Of a stretch of 63,754 nt of DNA, positions 1 to 8,727 are shown one piece after another. The stretch covers positions 1 through 63,754 of the forward strand of contig WRBR01000001.1 of NCBI GenBank assembly GCA_009784425.1, in the 5' to 3' direction. The first letter of the stretch is position 1. Each line of letters begins with the position of its first letter. The DNA is from Coriobacteriia bacterium (GTDB lineage Bacteria; Actinomycetota; Coriobacteriia; Coriobacteriales; UBA8131). A program made the position numbers and the translations under genes. The notes below the pieces were generated by a model that saw only the letters and a list, made by a program, of their open reading frames with translations, was not told the origin of the DNA and did no database searches.

Positions 1-1228
1 CTCTGACTTAGAACCAGGAGAGCTTGGGCTACTCTATTATCGTATTGGTAACTGCCTGCTCAAAATGTATACCTTCAACGAGGCAGCCATCAGCTACCAA
101 AAGGCCCTGGAAGACACGGGCTTTACCCAGAGGTCGGCCGCCAAGGTCAATCTGGGCAAGGCGCAGCTAGGGCTTGGGCACTACGAGGATGCGGTGCAGT
201 CCTTTAACGAGGCACTCACCGACACCACCTATGCCAAGCCGTATCAGGCGCAGATGGGTCTGGGCAACGCCTACACCAAGCTGGGCATGATAGTTGACGC
301 CGGCACCGCGTATCGTAACGCCGCGCTGGACGAGAGAAACCCCAACCCCTCAAAGGCACTCATGAGCCTGGGCAGCTGCTTCATGGCGCTGGGTCGCCCT
401 GAGGATGCCATTGAATCCTACAACGCAATCTTTGAGTTTGACCCCTCGCAGCTCGTGGCACAAAAAGCCTACGAGAGCCTGGGGCAGGCTTTTTGTGCAG
501 CAGGGCACTACCCCGAGGCCCTGGATGCCTTTAGCCGAGCGCTTGAGCCCGGCGGCTTTACTCTGTCGGGGGCGGCGCAGGCAGACTACCATAAAGCCTT
601 GCAGGTCTTGCACGAGAGCAAGGCGTTTTCACCCGAGAATCTCGCCGGCTTTGATGCCCAGGAACTCGGAGTGGTAAACCCCGAGCTTGAGCCAACTGTG
701 GGAGCCGATGGCAACGAAGTCTATGGCGCCGGCAATGTGCCAACAGCAAACGACACCGGCTTCTTTGACGTAGCCGAGTCAGACCTTGTGCGTCTCTCCA
801 AAAAGCAGATGAGGGGTCAACGCAAGCTCAAGCATACCGGCCTCAAGGTAATCCTCACCATCATTATCCTCCTCATACTTGTGCTGGGAACGGCTGTCTT
901 TGGCTACATCCAAGGCTTTGGCTGGCCCACTCAAGAGACGGTCATTGAAGAAATCTTTGCCGCCAATGCTGCCGGCACCGATACCACCAGGTACTGGATT
1001 GCCACCAGTGATGAAGAAATAAAGGTCATTGAGCGAATCATGGACATGGTGGCACCCACCGCGTCTGTTGACATCGTCTTTCTCGAAAGAGGCATGACTG
1101 AATCTGAAGCCCTGGTTGCCGCAAATCTCAACGAGGGCGGCACCGTTCACTATCAGGTATTCCTTGAGCGTGAGGGCATTGGATGGAAGATAAGCAGCAT
1201 TGACCTCTACTTTGCCTCCAACCAGTAA
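1..1228 (+). CDS. TPR-repeat protein with C-terminal transmembrane segment and small extracytoplasmic domain; 5' end cut by the window edge
   Basis: The frame is open from nt 2, upstream of the first ATG at 65. Repeated TPR-like units are present (LGxxxxAxxxFxxAL). Hydrophobic stretch LKVILTIIILLILVLGTAVFGYI lies near the C-terminal third. Confidence 0.7.
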   Translation, partial: SDLEPGELGLLYYRIGNCLLKMYTFNEAAISYQKALEDTGFTQRSAAKVNLGKAQLGLGHYEDAVQSFNEALTDTTYAKPYQAQMGLGNAYTKLGMIVDAGTAYRNAALDERNPNPSKALMSLGSCFMALGRPEDAIESYNAIFEFDPSQLVAQKAYESLGQAFCAAGHYPEALDAFSRALEPGGFTLSGAAQADYHKALQVLHESKAFSPENLAGFDAQELGVVNPELEPTVGADGNEVYGAGNVPTANDTGFFDVAESDLVRLSKKQMRGQRKLKHTGLKVILTIIILLILVLGTAVFGYIQGFGWPTQETVIEEIFAANAAGTDTTRYWIATSDEEIKVIERIMDMVAPTASVDIVFLERGMTESEALVAANLNEGGTVHYQVFLEREGIGWKISSIDLYFASNQ

Positions 1229-1295
1229 CACTACCGCAACAGATGGTAACGCTGTAGCATAAAAACCAACGCACGATTCCATTGAAAGGTACGAT

Positions 1296-1697
1296 ATGAC
1301 AGAAAGAACATACGCCATGCTCAAGCCCGATGCGGTTTTAGGTGGCCATGTTGGCGAGATTATCGCCCGCTTTGAAAGAGTTGGCCTCACCATTGAGAGG
1401 ATGGAGCTTGCCACGGTAACACCGGAGCAAGCCGCCGCCAACTATGCCGAGCACGAGGGCAAGCCGTTTTACGAGGGGCTCATTGAATACATCACCTCCG
1501 GCCCCGTGGTTAAGCTGGTGCTTGCAGGGGAGGGGGCAGTTGCCATCACGAGAAAACTGATGGGCGCTACCAACCCTGCCGAAGCGCTCCCGGGGACTAT
1601 CCGAGGCGATTTTGGACTGGTTATGGATGCCAATGTGATTCACGGTTCCGACTCCCTGGAGTCAGCCAAGCGCGAAATTGCGATCTTTTTTGCATAA
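1296..1697 (+). CDS. ndk: nucleoside diphosphate kinase
   Basis: 133 aa. N-terminal ERTYAMLKPDAV and NVIHGSD active-site motif are typical of Ndk. Confidence 0.93.
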   Translation: MTERTYAMLKPDAVLGGHVGEIIARFERVGLTIERMELATVTPEQAAANYAEHEGKPFYEGLIEYITSGPVVKLVLAGEGAVAITRKLMGATNPAEALPGTIRGDFGLVMDANVIHGSDSLESAKREIAIFFA

Positions 1698-1802
1698 GCA
1701 AGCACTGCTGCGGTTTGTATCGCCCACTCCGCAGCCAAGATATATCAACGGCTTGGCAGCGCCTTTGCCAGCCAACGCAAGAGATTAGGAGCAAGGACAG
1801 AG

Positions 1803-2843
1803 ATGTCTTTTTTGGATGATTTGTTCAGCCAGTGGAGCTGCGACATGGCCATAGACCTTGGCACCGCCAACACCTTGGTGGCTATTGCCAACGAGGGCAT
1901 CGTATTAGACGAGCCCAGTGTAGTTGCCATTGACAACGAACTTAACAGGGTGTTATCGGTGGGTACCGAGGCCCGCGAGATGATTGGCCGCAATCCGGGC
2001 AATATCTCAGTTGAGCGTCCGTTGGCCGATGGTGTCATAGCCGATTACGATGTTACCGAGGCCATGCTCTCGTATTTCATCAATAAGGCAAACCCCAAGA
2101 CGCGCCTTTGGCAGCCAAAGCCGCGCATTGTCATCTGCATTCCCTGCGGCGTGACCTCCGTTGAAAAGCGCGCCGTTTTTGAGGCAACCATACAAGCCGG
2201 TGCACGCCAGGCATTTCTCATTGAGGAGCCTATGGCCGCGGCCATAGGAGCCGGCTTGCCCGTAGAAGAGCCCACGGGCTCGATGGTGGTTGACATTGGC
2301 GGCGGCACTACCGAGATTGCCGTTATTTCGCTGGGAGGCATTGTTACTTCGCGCTCCCTCAAAACGGCCGGAAACGAGTTTGATGTGGCGGTGGCCCGCC
2401 ACGTGCGTGAGGTCTACGGCCTCAACATCGGCGTCCGCACTGCTGAAGACATCAAGATAGGCATAGGCTCGGCCATGCCAATCTCAACGGGAGAGATGGA
2501 TATGGAGATATCCGGACGAGATCTCTCAACCAACCTCCCGCGCTCCGAGAACCTGCAAAGCGAAGACATCAGAGAAGGACTCAGAGCTCCACTGCATGAA
2601 ATCCTCATCGCCATTAAGGAAACATTCTTGGAGACCGACCCAGACCTGGCAGCAGACATCATAGTCAACGGCATTCTGCTCACCGGGGGAGGAGCAATGC
2701 TCAAGGAGATGGATCGCTTTTTAACCAACGCCCTGGATGTCCCCGTGTATGTATCGCCAACAGCCTTTACCAACGTAGTGGTGGGCTGTGCTATGGCATT
2801 GGAAAATCCGCAGGCACTACAGCGTTCTTATACGCAACGCTAG
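1803..2843 (+). CDS. mreB: rod shape-determining protein MreB
   Basis: 346 aa with actin-fold motifs DLGTANT and VDIGGGTTE. It is followed by mreC and mreD. Confidence 0.95.
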   Translation: MSFLDDLFSQWSCDMAIDLGTANTLVAIANEGIVLDEPSVVAIDNELNRVLSVGTEAREMIGRNPGNISVERPLADGVIADYDVTEAMLSYFINKANPKTRLWQPKPRIVICIPCGVTSVEKRAVFEATIQAGARQAFLIEEPMAAAIGAGLPVEEPTGSMVVDIGGGTTEIAVISLGGIVTSRSLKTAGNEFDVAVARHVREVYGLNIGVRTAEDIKIGIGSAMPISTGEMDMEISGRDLSTNLPRSENLQSEDIREGLRAPLHEILIAIKETFLETDPDLAADIIVNGILLTGGGAMLKEMDRFLTNALDVPVYVSPTAFTNVVVGCAMALENPQALQRSYTQR

Positions 2844-2869
2844 AAACTTAAAAGAAAGGCTGCGTACTC

Positions 2870-3862
2870 GTGGCGCTCCTCAGTCAAACACCGAAAAAGG
2901 TTACCGGTGGAATACTCGCCATAGTTTTGTGTGTATTCTCGCTGGGCCTCATCACTTTGTGGTCATATGAAGGCGGCGTCTCACCGGAGGCTTCGGGCAT
3001 CATCCATAGCGCCCGAGGAGCTATCTCCACCGTTGTTGCGCCCTTTAACAGAGCGAGTTCAATTGTTGGCCAGGCAACCAACGCGGTAGGCGCGGCAACC
3101 GATAACTTCACCGCAAGCCCGGAGAGCTTAAGAGAGCTGCAGGCGCAAAACGAGGAGTTGGCGGCCCTGGTCATCAGGCTTGAGGAGTCTCGTCTAGAAA
3201 ATGAACGGCTTTCGGAGCTGCTGGGGCTTGCTCAGGCCTATGACCTTGAGGCCACAGCTGCACGCATACTTTCCACTTCTATCGATTCATGGAACCAGAC
3301 CATCACCATAGATAAAGGTATCGAAGACGGCCTGGCGGTAGGAATGCCGGTGATGAGCCCCAACGGCCTCATTGGCCAGATAGAGTCGGTGGGTCGTTAC
3401 AACTCCGAAGTAAGGCTGCTCACCGATCCCAACTCAGGTGTTGCCGTGATCATTCAGGGCAGCAGAAACGAGGGGGTGCTTTCCGGCTCGCACACACGAC
3501 TGCTTTACCTGAGTTATATCTCGCTTGATGTTCCGGTGTCCCCCGGCGACGCCATCGTCACCTCTGGTGCCGGCGGCGTGTACCCCAAGGGCATCATCAT
3601 TGGTGAGGTTACCTCGGTGCACTACCTGCCTTCTGATGTGTTTCAGACCATCGTGGTAAAACCCACGGCAAAGGTAAAGTATTACGAAGAGGTACTGGTG
3701 CTTACCGGCCGACCGTCCGAGGTGACGTATAACGCACTGATAGCCATGCATGGAGAGGACTACCTTAACGCCAACGGTGCAAACGGAGCCAACGGCAACG
3801 GCAACGGAAACGGCAACGGAAATGGCTCAGCTGCCCCTGCTAACGGAGTCGGTGGTCATTAA
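2870..3862 (+). CDS. mreC: rod shape-determining protein MreC
   Basis: GTG start as in the ORF track. N-terminal TM, coiled-coil segment (LRELQAQNEELAALVIRLEE) and a beta-rich C-domain. It sits between mreB and mreD. C-terminal Asn/Gly repeat tail. Confidence 0.88.
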   Translation: MALLSQTPKKVTGGILAIVLCVFSLGLITLWSYEGGVSPEASGIIHSARGAISTVVAPFNRASSIVGQATNAVGAATDNFTASPESLRELQAQNEELAALVIRLEESRLENERLSELLGLAQAYDLEATAARILSTSIDSWNQTITIDKGIEDGLAVGMPVMSPNGLIGQIESVGRYNSEVRLLTDPNSGVAVIIQGSRNEGVLSGSHTRLLYLSYISLDVPVSPGDAIVTSGAGGVYPKGIIIGEVTSVHYLPSDVFQTIVVKPTAKVKYYEEVLVLTGRPSEVTYNALIAMHGEDYLNANGANGANGNGNGNGNGNGSAAPANGVGGH

Positions 3863-4419
3863 TGGACCAGAGCCAGCCACGCATGAGCATCGTTGTTTTC
3901 ACTGCTCTCATTGCCATCATCTTGCAGCTGGTAGTGGCGCCGGCCATCACGCTTTTTGGCGTGGTGCCCAACTTTATCATGGTGGCTGCAATTATTACGG
4001 CTCTGCGCAATGGCCCGGTGCGCTCTACGGTTACCGGCTTTTTGCTGGGACTCTTCTTTGACCTCTGTTCGCTGGGACCAATGGGAGCCATGACCCTGGT
4101 GCTCACCATATTGTCATATGCTGTAAGCTCGCTTAACAGGGGCGGCTTTGCCGGCAACATCATCATCGACCTGTTTACTATGATTGCCGCTGTTGCCCTG
4201 GGCGAGTTCTTGGTCAGTGTCATCTATGCCATCGCAGGCGCTAACCCACAATTTATGCTCTCACTCGTGCAGCTGGTTTTGCCGGCTATTGTCTACGACT
4301 CAGTAATCGGTTGTATTCTGCTCATCGTTTTTAACGAGGCCCAAAGAGGCAGAAAGAGAAGATCCGGCCCCACGCTTGGGTCCGGGCGCTCGCTTTCTCG
4401 AAAGCTTAATAAGTTATGA
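3862..4419 (+). CDS. mreD: rod shape-determining protein MreD
   Basis: 185-aa polytopic membrane protein. Its start overlaps the mreC stop (TAATG). Canonical position in the mreBCD operon. Confidence 0.8.
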   Translation: MDQSQPRMSIVVFTALIAIILQLVVAPAITLFGVVPNFIMVAAIITALRNGPVRSTVTGFLLGLFFDLCSLGPMGAMTLVLTILSYAVSSLNRGGFAGNIIIDLFTMIAAVALGEFLVSVIYAIAGANPQFMLSLVQLVLPAIVYDSVIGCILLIVFNEAQRGRKRRSGPTLGSGRSLSRKLNKL

Positions 4420-6506
4420 GCCCCTATCTAGTAACAGCCCTTATTGCGCTCAGTGTTTTTTTGCTGCTGCTTGCAGCTTTTTTCATTGTGCGCTATCTGC
4501 TGAGGAATCGTCGCAAAAAAACGGTCTATCGCAGATCCTTTGTCCGAGCCGACCTCGACCTGGTCAAGGATACCGAGCAAATCCGCGGCTCCGGAAGTCT
4601 CAAGGAAAGATCCGGCAAGCAGGGGAGGGGCCGATTCTACGCGTTTGGCGTGCTCATGGCTGCCATCTTTGGCACCTTGTCGGTGCGCCTTTGGGGCCTC
4701 CAGATACTCGAGCACGATAAATACGTAAAGCTTTCGAGCCAAAACATGACCCAGCGGGTCAACGTGCCGGCAAACCGAGGCCGCATCTTGGACCGATACG
4801 GCAATGAGCTGGTGGGCAACCGCCCCTCCATCACCGTTACCGGCAAACGCACCTTGGCCGAGGATGCCGGCCTCGTGCAACGCCTGTCCCTTGTGTTAGG
4901 TATTCCGGTGGGCATTGTCCGCCGTAGAATCCTCGATGATTCTGAGGGCGTGCAGGCAGATCACACCATAGCAAGCGATGTGCCTATGGAATCGATTGCC
5001 TATATCCGCGAGCACCCCTCCTTGTTCAAAGGCGTAAATGTGGAGTCACGCACGGTGCGCTTCTACCCCTATGGTTCCCTTGCTTCCCACATACTGGGCT
5101 ACACGGGCCCGGTGACTGAGGACTTTCTCAAAGGGCAGCCTGGTGACGAGCCAAGCCCGTATATGCCCGGTGACATCATTGGAAAAGATGGCGCCGAGTC
5201 CAGGTTTGAAAAAATCTTACAAGGTACACGCGGATACACCGACTTTGAGGTTGATGCCTTTGGCAGGCCTACCGGCGAGGTCCTCGCTGAGGCAAATTCG
5301 CAAAGTGGCGATGATGTGGCACTCACCCTTGATGCCAATCTGCAGCGCGAGACCGACAAGATCCTCTACGACATCATCCAATTGGTAAGAAGCGACAGCG
5401 ATAACAAAGACTGCAACGCCGGCGCACTCCTCTGCATCGATGTTGAGGATGGCGGCATTTTAGCTTCTTCGAGTTATCCCACCTTCTTTCCGTCTGACCT
5501 CTCAAGGGGAATCTCCATTGAGCTCTGGGAAGAACTCACCTCGGTTGAGTCTGATTATCCGCTCACCAATCGGGTGGTCAGTGGCCTGTACCCTGCGGCA
5601 TCCACCTTCAAGATCTTCACTTCGCTCGCCGGCTTGCATCACCATATGATTACCGATGATACCACCTCGTATTGCACCGGTTATTGGGATGCCTACGGTG
5701 ACGAATGGGGCCAGCGCTGCTGGATCCATCCGGGAGGCCACGGCACCTTGGATCTTGAGGAGTCCATCAATTGGTCCTGTGATGTTTTCTTCTACATGCT
5801 AGGCGCTGCCTTTTATGAGCAGTGGTATGCCCTGAGGGATATCCCGGTTAACGAGCGCCCTAATCCCTTTCAAGACTACCTTGCCACCTGGGGTTTTGGG
5901 TCGCGCACCGGTATTGACTTGCCCGGCGAGGCAAGAGGCAGAATCCCCACAGCAGAATGGAAGTGGGATGAGTTCTCCGACACCCCCGAAGAGGCCATGT
6001 GGCAGCCGGGAGACATGACCAACATGGTCATTGGTCAGGGAGACTTACTGGTAACCCCCCTGCAGCTCTGCAATGCCTTTTGCACCTTTATCCGCGAAAA
6101 AGAGGTGACCCCTCATATTTTTAATCATGTCCTCGACTCTGAAGGCAATGTGGTGGTCACTTACAAGGCAGAAGAAGTTGTGGAGCGCCCTCAGTATGAG
6201 CCCCGGCACCATGACCGAGTTTTGGAGGGCTGCCGGCGAGTTGTTGCCCGTGAGGGTGGTTTTAGCAGCATTCCGGTGCCGGTTGCCGGCAAAACGGGAA
6301 CCGCCGAGGTTGCCGGCAAGGGCGACTGCTCTTGGTTTGTGGGCTGGGCGCCTGTGGAAAATCCCAAATATTGCGCGGTCTGCCTCATTGAGCAGGGCGG
6401 CAGCGGCTCGCTGGTGGCTATGAATGGGGTCATCCAGACCTTTGCCCGCATCTATGGCGTGGATGTTGGTCCTATCACCATCTGGCAGAACAGAAACGAG
6501 AGGTAG
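4416..6506 (+). CDS. mrdA: penicillin-binding protein 2 (elongasome transpeptidase)
   Basis: 696 aa. N-terminal TM and transpeptidase motifs STFK and KTGTAE. Start overlaps the mreD stop, and rodA lies immediately downstream. Confidence 0.9.
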   Translation: MSPYLVTALIALSVFLLLLAAFFIVRYLLRNRRKKTVYRRSFVRADLDLVKDTEQIRGSGSLKERSGKQGRGRFYAFGVLMAAIFGTLSVRLWGLQILEHDKYVKLSSQNMTQRVNVPANRGRILDRYGNELVGNRPSITVTGKRTLAEDAGLVQRLSLVLGIPVGIVRRRILDDSEGVQADHTIASDVPMESIAYIREHPSLFKGVNVESRTVRFYPYGSLASHILGYTGPVTEDFLKGQPGDEPSPYMPGDIIGKDGAESRFEKILQGTRGYTDFEVDAFGRPTGEVLAEANSQSGDDVALTLDANLQRETDKILYDIIQLVRSDSDNKDCNAGALLCIDVEDGGILASSSYPTFFPSDLSRGISIELWEELTSVESDYPLTNRVVSGLYPAASTFKIFTSLAGLHHHMITDDTTSYCTGYWDAYGDEWGQRCWIHPGGHGTLDLEESINWSCDVFFYMLGAAFYEQWYALRDIPVNERPNPFQDYLATWGFGSRTGIDLPGEARGRIPTAEWKWDEFSDTPEEAMWQPGDMTNMVIGQGDLLVTPLQLCNAFCTFIREKEVTPHIFNHVLDSEGNVVVTYKAEEVVERPQYEPRHHDRVLEGCRRVVAREGGFSSIPVPVAGKTGTAEVAGKGDCSWFVGWAPVENPKYCAVCLIEQGGSGSLVAMNGVIQTFARIYGVDVGPITIWQNRNER

Positions 6507-6511
6507 TACCG

Positions 6512-7738
6512 TTGCCCGTTTCTCCCAAGATACAATCGTCGCCGAGTAATCGCTCTGGCTCGCAGGGTGGTTTTCATATTGTTGCTATCTTGCGCACCCT
6601 TAACTACCCCATTGTGGTGGTATCACTGATTTTAGTGGCCTATGGCCTTTTGGTTGTGTGGTCGGCAACGCTCGATTCTAACGTCTACAGCTTTAACAGG
6701 CAGCTCTCGGGAGTGGGAGTAGGCATTATTTTGATGCTGGTGATTTGGCGGTTGAACTACAGCAGGCTCTCGGTTTTTACCTACCTGTTTTTTGGGCTCT
6801 GTATATTCTTTATTGTTTTGCCGTTGTTTCCGGTTATTGGCCTTTCCGTGGGCGGGGCTCAAAGATGGGTGGTCATCTTTGGACAACGCTTTCAGCCAAC
6901 TGAGCTGGCAAAGGCTTTTTACATCCTATTTGCCGCTGCGTTGATTGCTCGCTACAAGGGCCGCTTGACCTCCGGCACCGAATACCTCAAGTGTTTTGCG
7001 CTTTTGTGTACACCAGCGGTTCTTGTGATGATGCAGCCAGACTTGGGAACCGGTGTGGTGCTCTTTGTTATTGGAATGGTGGTGCTTTTTGCCGGCGGGG
7101 CAAACCGACGGTGGCTGATTACCAGCGTGGTTGCGATTGCCGTGCTCTGTGTTGCCCTGATTGCTCTTGACGGGGTGTTGGACGCTGCCTTTGGCAGGGA
7201 TGTCTTTCTTAAAGACTATCAAAAAGCCCGTTTACTGGTTTTTATTAATCCCGACTATGACCCCGATGGCGCCGGTTATAACCTCAGGCAGGCCCAGATT
7301 GCCATAGGGTCCGGTGGGCTTTTTGGCAAAGGCCTTGGCAATGCCACGCAAAGCACGCTCGGTTTTTTGCCTGAACACCCCACCGACTTCATCTTTTGCG
7401 TCCTGGCCGAGGAATTTGGTTTTATGGGCTCTCTTGGCCTCATCTTCCTCTATGCGATTTTGATGTTTTTAGTGCTGCGAGTGGCCTTTAACTCCTACGA
7501 TTTCTTTGGCACGCTTATTGTCACCGGCGTATTGGGGATGTGGATATTCCAGATATTTGAAAACATTGGGATGAACCTGGGGCTTATGCCCTCAACGGGC
7601 ATTCCGCTGCCCTTTATGAGCTACGGCACCTCGGCTATGCTGCTCAATTTTGTTGCACTGGGCCTGGTGCTCTCTGTGTGGGCGCATCGCAGTCCCATAA
7701 AATCTGGCGTCTCCCAGCCCGGCCGCAGGGTACAATGA
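6512..7738 (+). CDS. rodA: SEDS-family peptidoglycan polymerase RodA
   Basis: About 10 TM segments with FtsW/RodA/SpoVE-type conserved C-terminal region (GIPLPFMSYG). TTG start taken from the ORF track; the true start is uncertain. Confidence 0.9.
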   Translation: MPVSPKIQSSPSNRSGSQGGFHIVAILRTLNYPIVVVSLILVAYGLLVVWSATLDSNVYSFNRQLSGVGVGIILMLVIWRLNYSRLSVFTYLFFGLCIFFIVLPLFPVIGLSVGGAQRWVVIFGQRFQPTELAKAFYILFAAALIARYKGRLTSGTEYLKCFALLCTPAVLVMMQPDLGTGVVLFVIGMVVLFAGGANRRWLITSVVAIAVLCVALIALDGVLDAAFGRDVFLKDYQKARLLVFINPDYDPDGAGYNLRQAQIAIGSGGLFGKGLGNATQSTLGFLPEHPTDFIFCVLAEEFGFMGSLGLIFLYAILMFLVLRVAFNSYDFFGTLIVTGVLGMWIFQIFENIGMNLGLMPSTGIPLPFMSYGTSAMLLNFVALGLVLSVWAHRSPIKSGVSQPGRRVQ

Positions 7739-7784
7739 GAGTTAAGAGTTAAGAGTGGAGAAGTAAGAGTGAAGAGCGGAGAAT
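7738..7784. repeat. degenerate heptamer tract GAGTTAA GAGTTAA GAGTGGA GAAGTAA GAGTGAA GAGCGGA
   Basis: Starts at the rodA stop codon. A related tract lies at 27423-27474, and the motif recurs at the trpS stop (28575-28585). Confidence 0.8.
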
Positions 7785-7785
7785 C

Positions 7786-8715
7786 ATGGCAATACCAAAA
7801 ATACCCAAACTGCCTATAAACCTCGGCACCCTCAATAAGGCGGCCAAGCTCTTTGAGAGCGAGTCAACTGCCGATACCGTGATTGAGGTTTTGGTAGACC
7901 TCAGCGCCTCGAGTGACTTAATTTCGCTTGCTCGCGAGGTGCTCAAGGTGCGCCCAGGCACGGTGCAGATAGCCGTTGAGGGCTTTCACGACGACATGCC
8001 TCACCTCAACAGAGAAGCCAGCCTGATTATAGTGGTGGCTGGTTCGTCAAGCTACCTAAAGCGCATCATGGAGATCTCTCTCTGGTCAGAGCTCAACTGT
8101 GTTGTCTTGACAGAAGACGCCTTGCCACTGGTTTCTCAAGTAGCTGACGAGGATGCCCTCGACATTGCCAAGACTTTGATTGAAGTTGATCTCACCACTC
8201 CCAAAGAAGCGCTTGAGCAAGATCTGGCAAGGTGGTGCATCGGTCGCCTGCCCGAGTTACGTCTTTCACTGGGCGTGGCCTTTCCCTTTATGCGCCAGCC
8301 CATTGCCCTTGACCTGACCCGCCAAACCGCGTTTGAGAACACCCTCATTGCATCAATCTTCTTTTTGCCTGGGGCGGACATGCCCATCCTTACTCTGAAC
8401 CAGTGTAAATTGCTCTATCAAATAGCAGTTATTAACGAGGTTCCGCTCTCTCGTGAGCGCCTGGCGGATGCGGCAGTGGTCATTGCCTCGGCCTTTGGCT
8501 TCAGGGGCATTACACGCCTGGTTTTAAAGAGGCTCACGCCTATTGGCTGGCTGGTCAGAGGCTCAACGGCCTTTGGAGCCACCATGACTATGGGACACCT
8601 GGCGCACCAGCTCTATAGCAAGGGCGGGGGAGTGGTTGAGCTGGCAAGAGGTGACCTTTCAGCAGACGACTCTGAAGTAGTCATGCCAACAACCGCCGTA
8701 ACAAAGCTGAGCTAA
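7786..8715 (+). CDS. conserved hypothetical protein
   Basis: 309-aa ORF with coding-like composition and an AG-rich region upstream. No catalytic motif recognised. The C-terminal half is amphipathic/hydrophobic. Confidence 0.6.
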   Translation: MAIPKIPKLPINLGTLNKAAKLFESESTADTVIEVLVDLSASSDLISLAREVLKVRPGTVQIAVEGFHDDMPHLNREASLIIVVAGSSSYLKRIMEISLWSELNCVVLTEDALPLVSQVADEDALDIAKTLIEVDLTTPKEALEQDLARWCIGRLPELRLSLGVAFPFMRQPIALDLTRQTAFENTLIASIFFLPGADMPILTLNQCKLLYQIAVINEVPLSRERLADAAVVIASAFGFRGITRLVLKRLTPIGWLVRGSTAFGATMTMGHLAHQLYSKGGGVVELARGDLSADDSEVVMPTTAVTKLS

Positions 8716-8727
8716 GAAACACGCATA

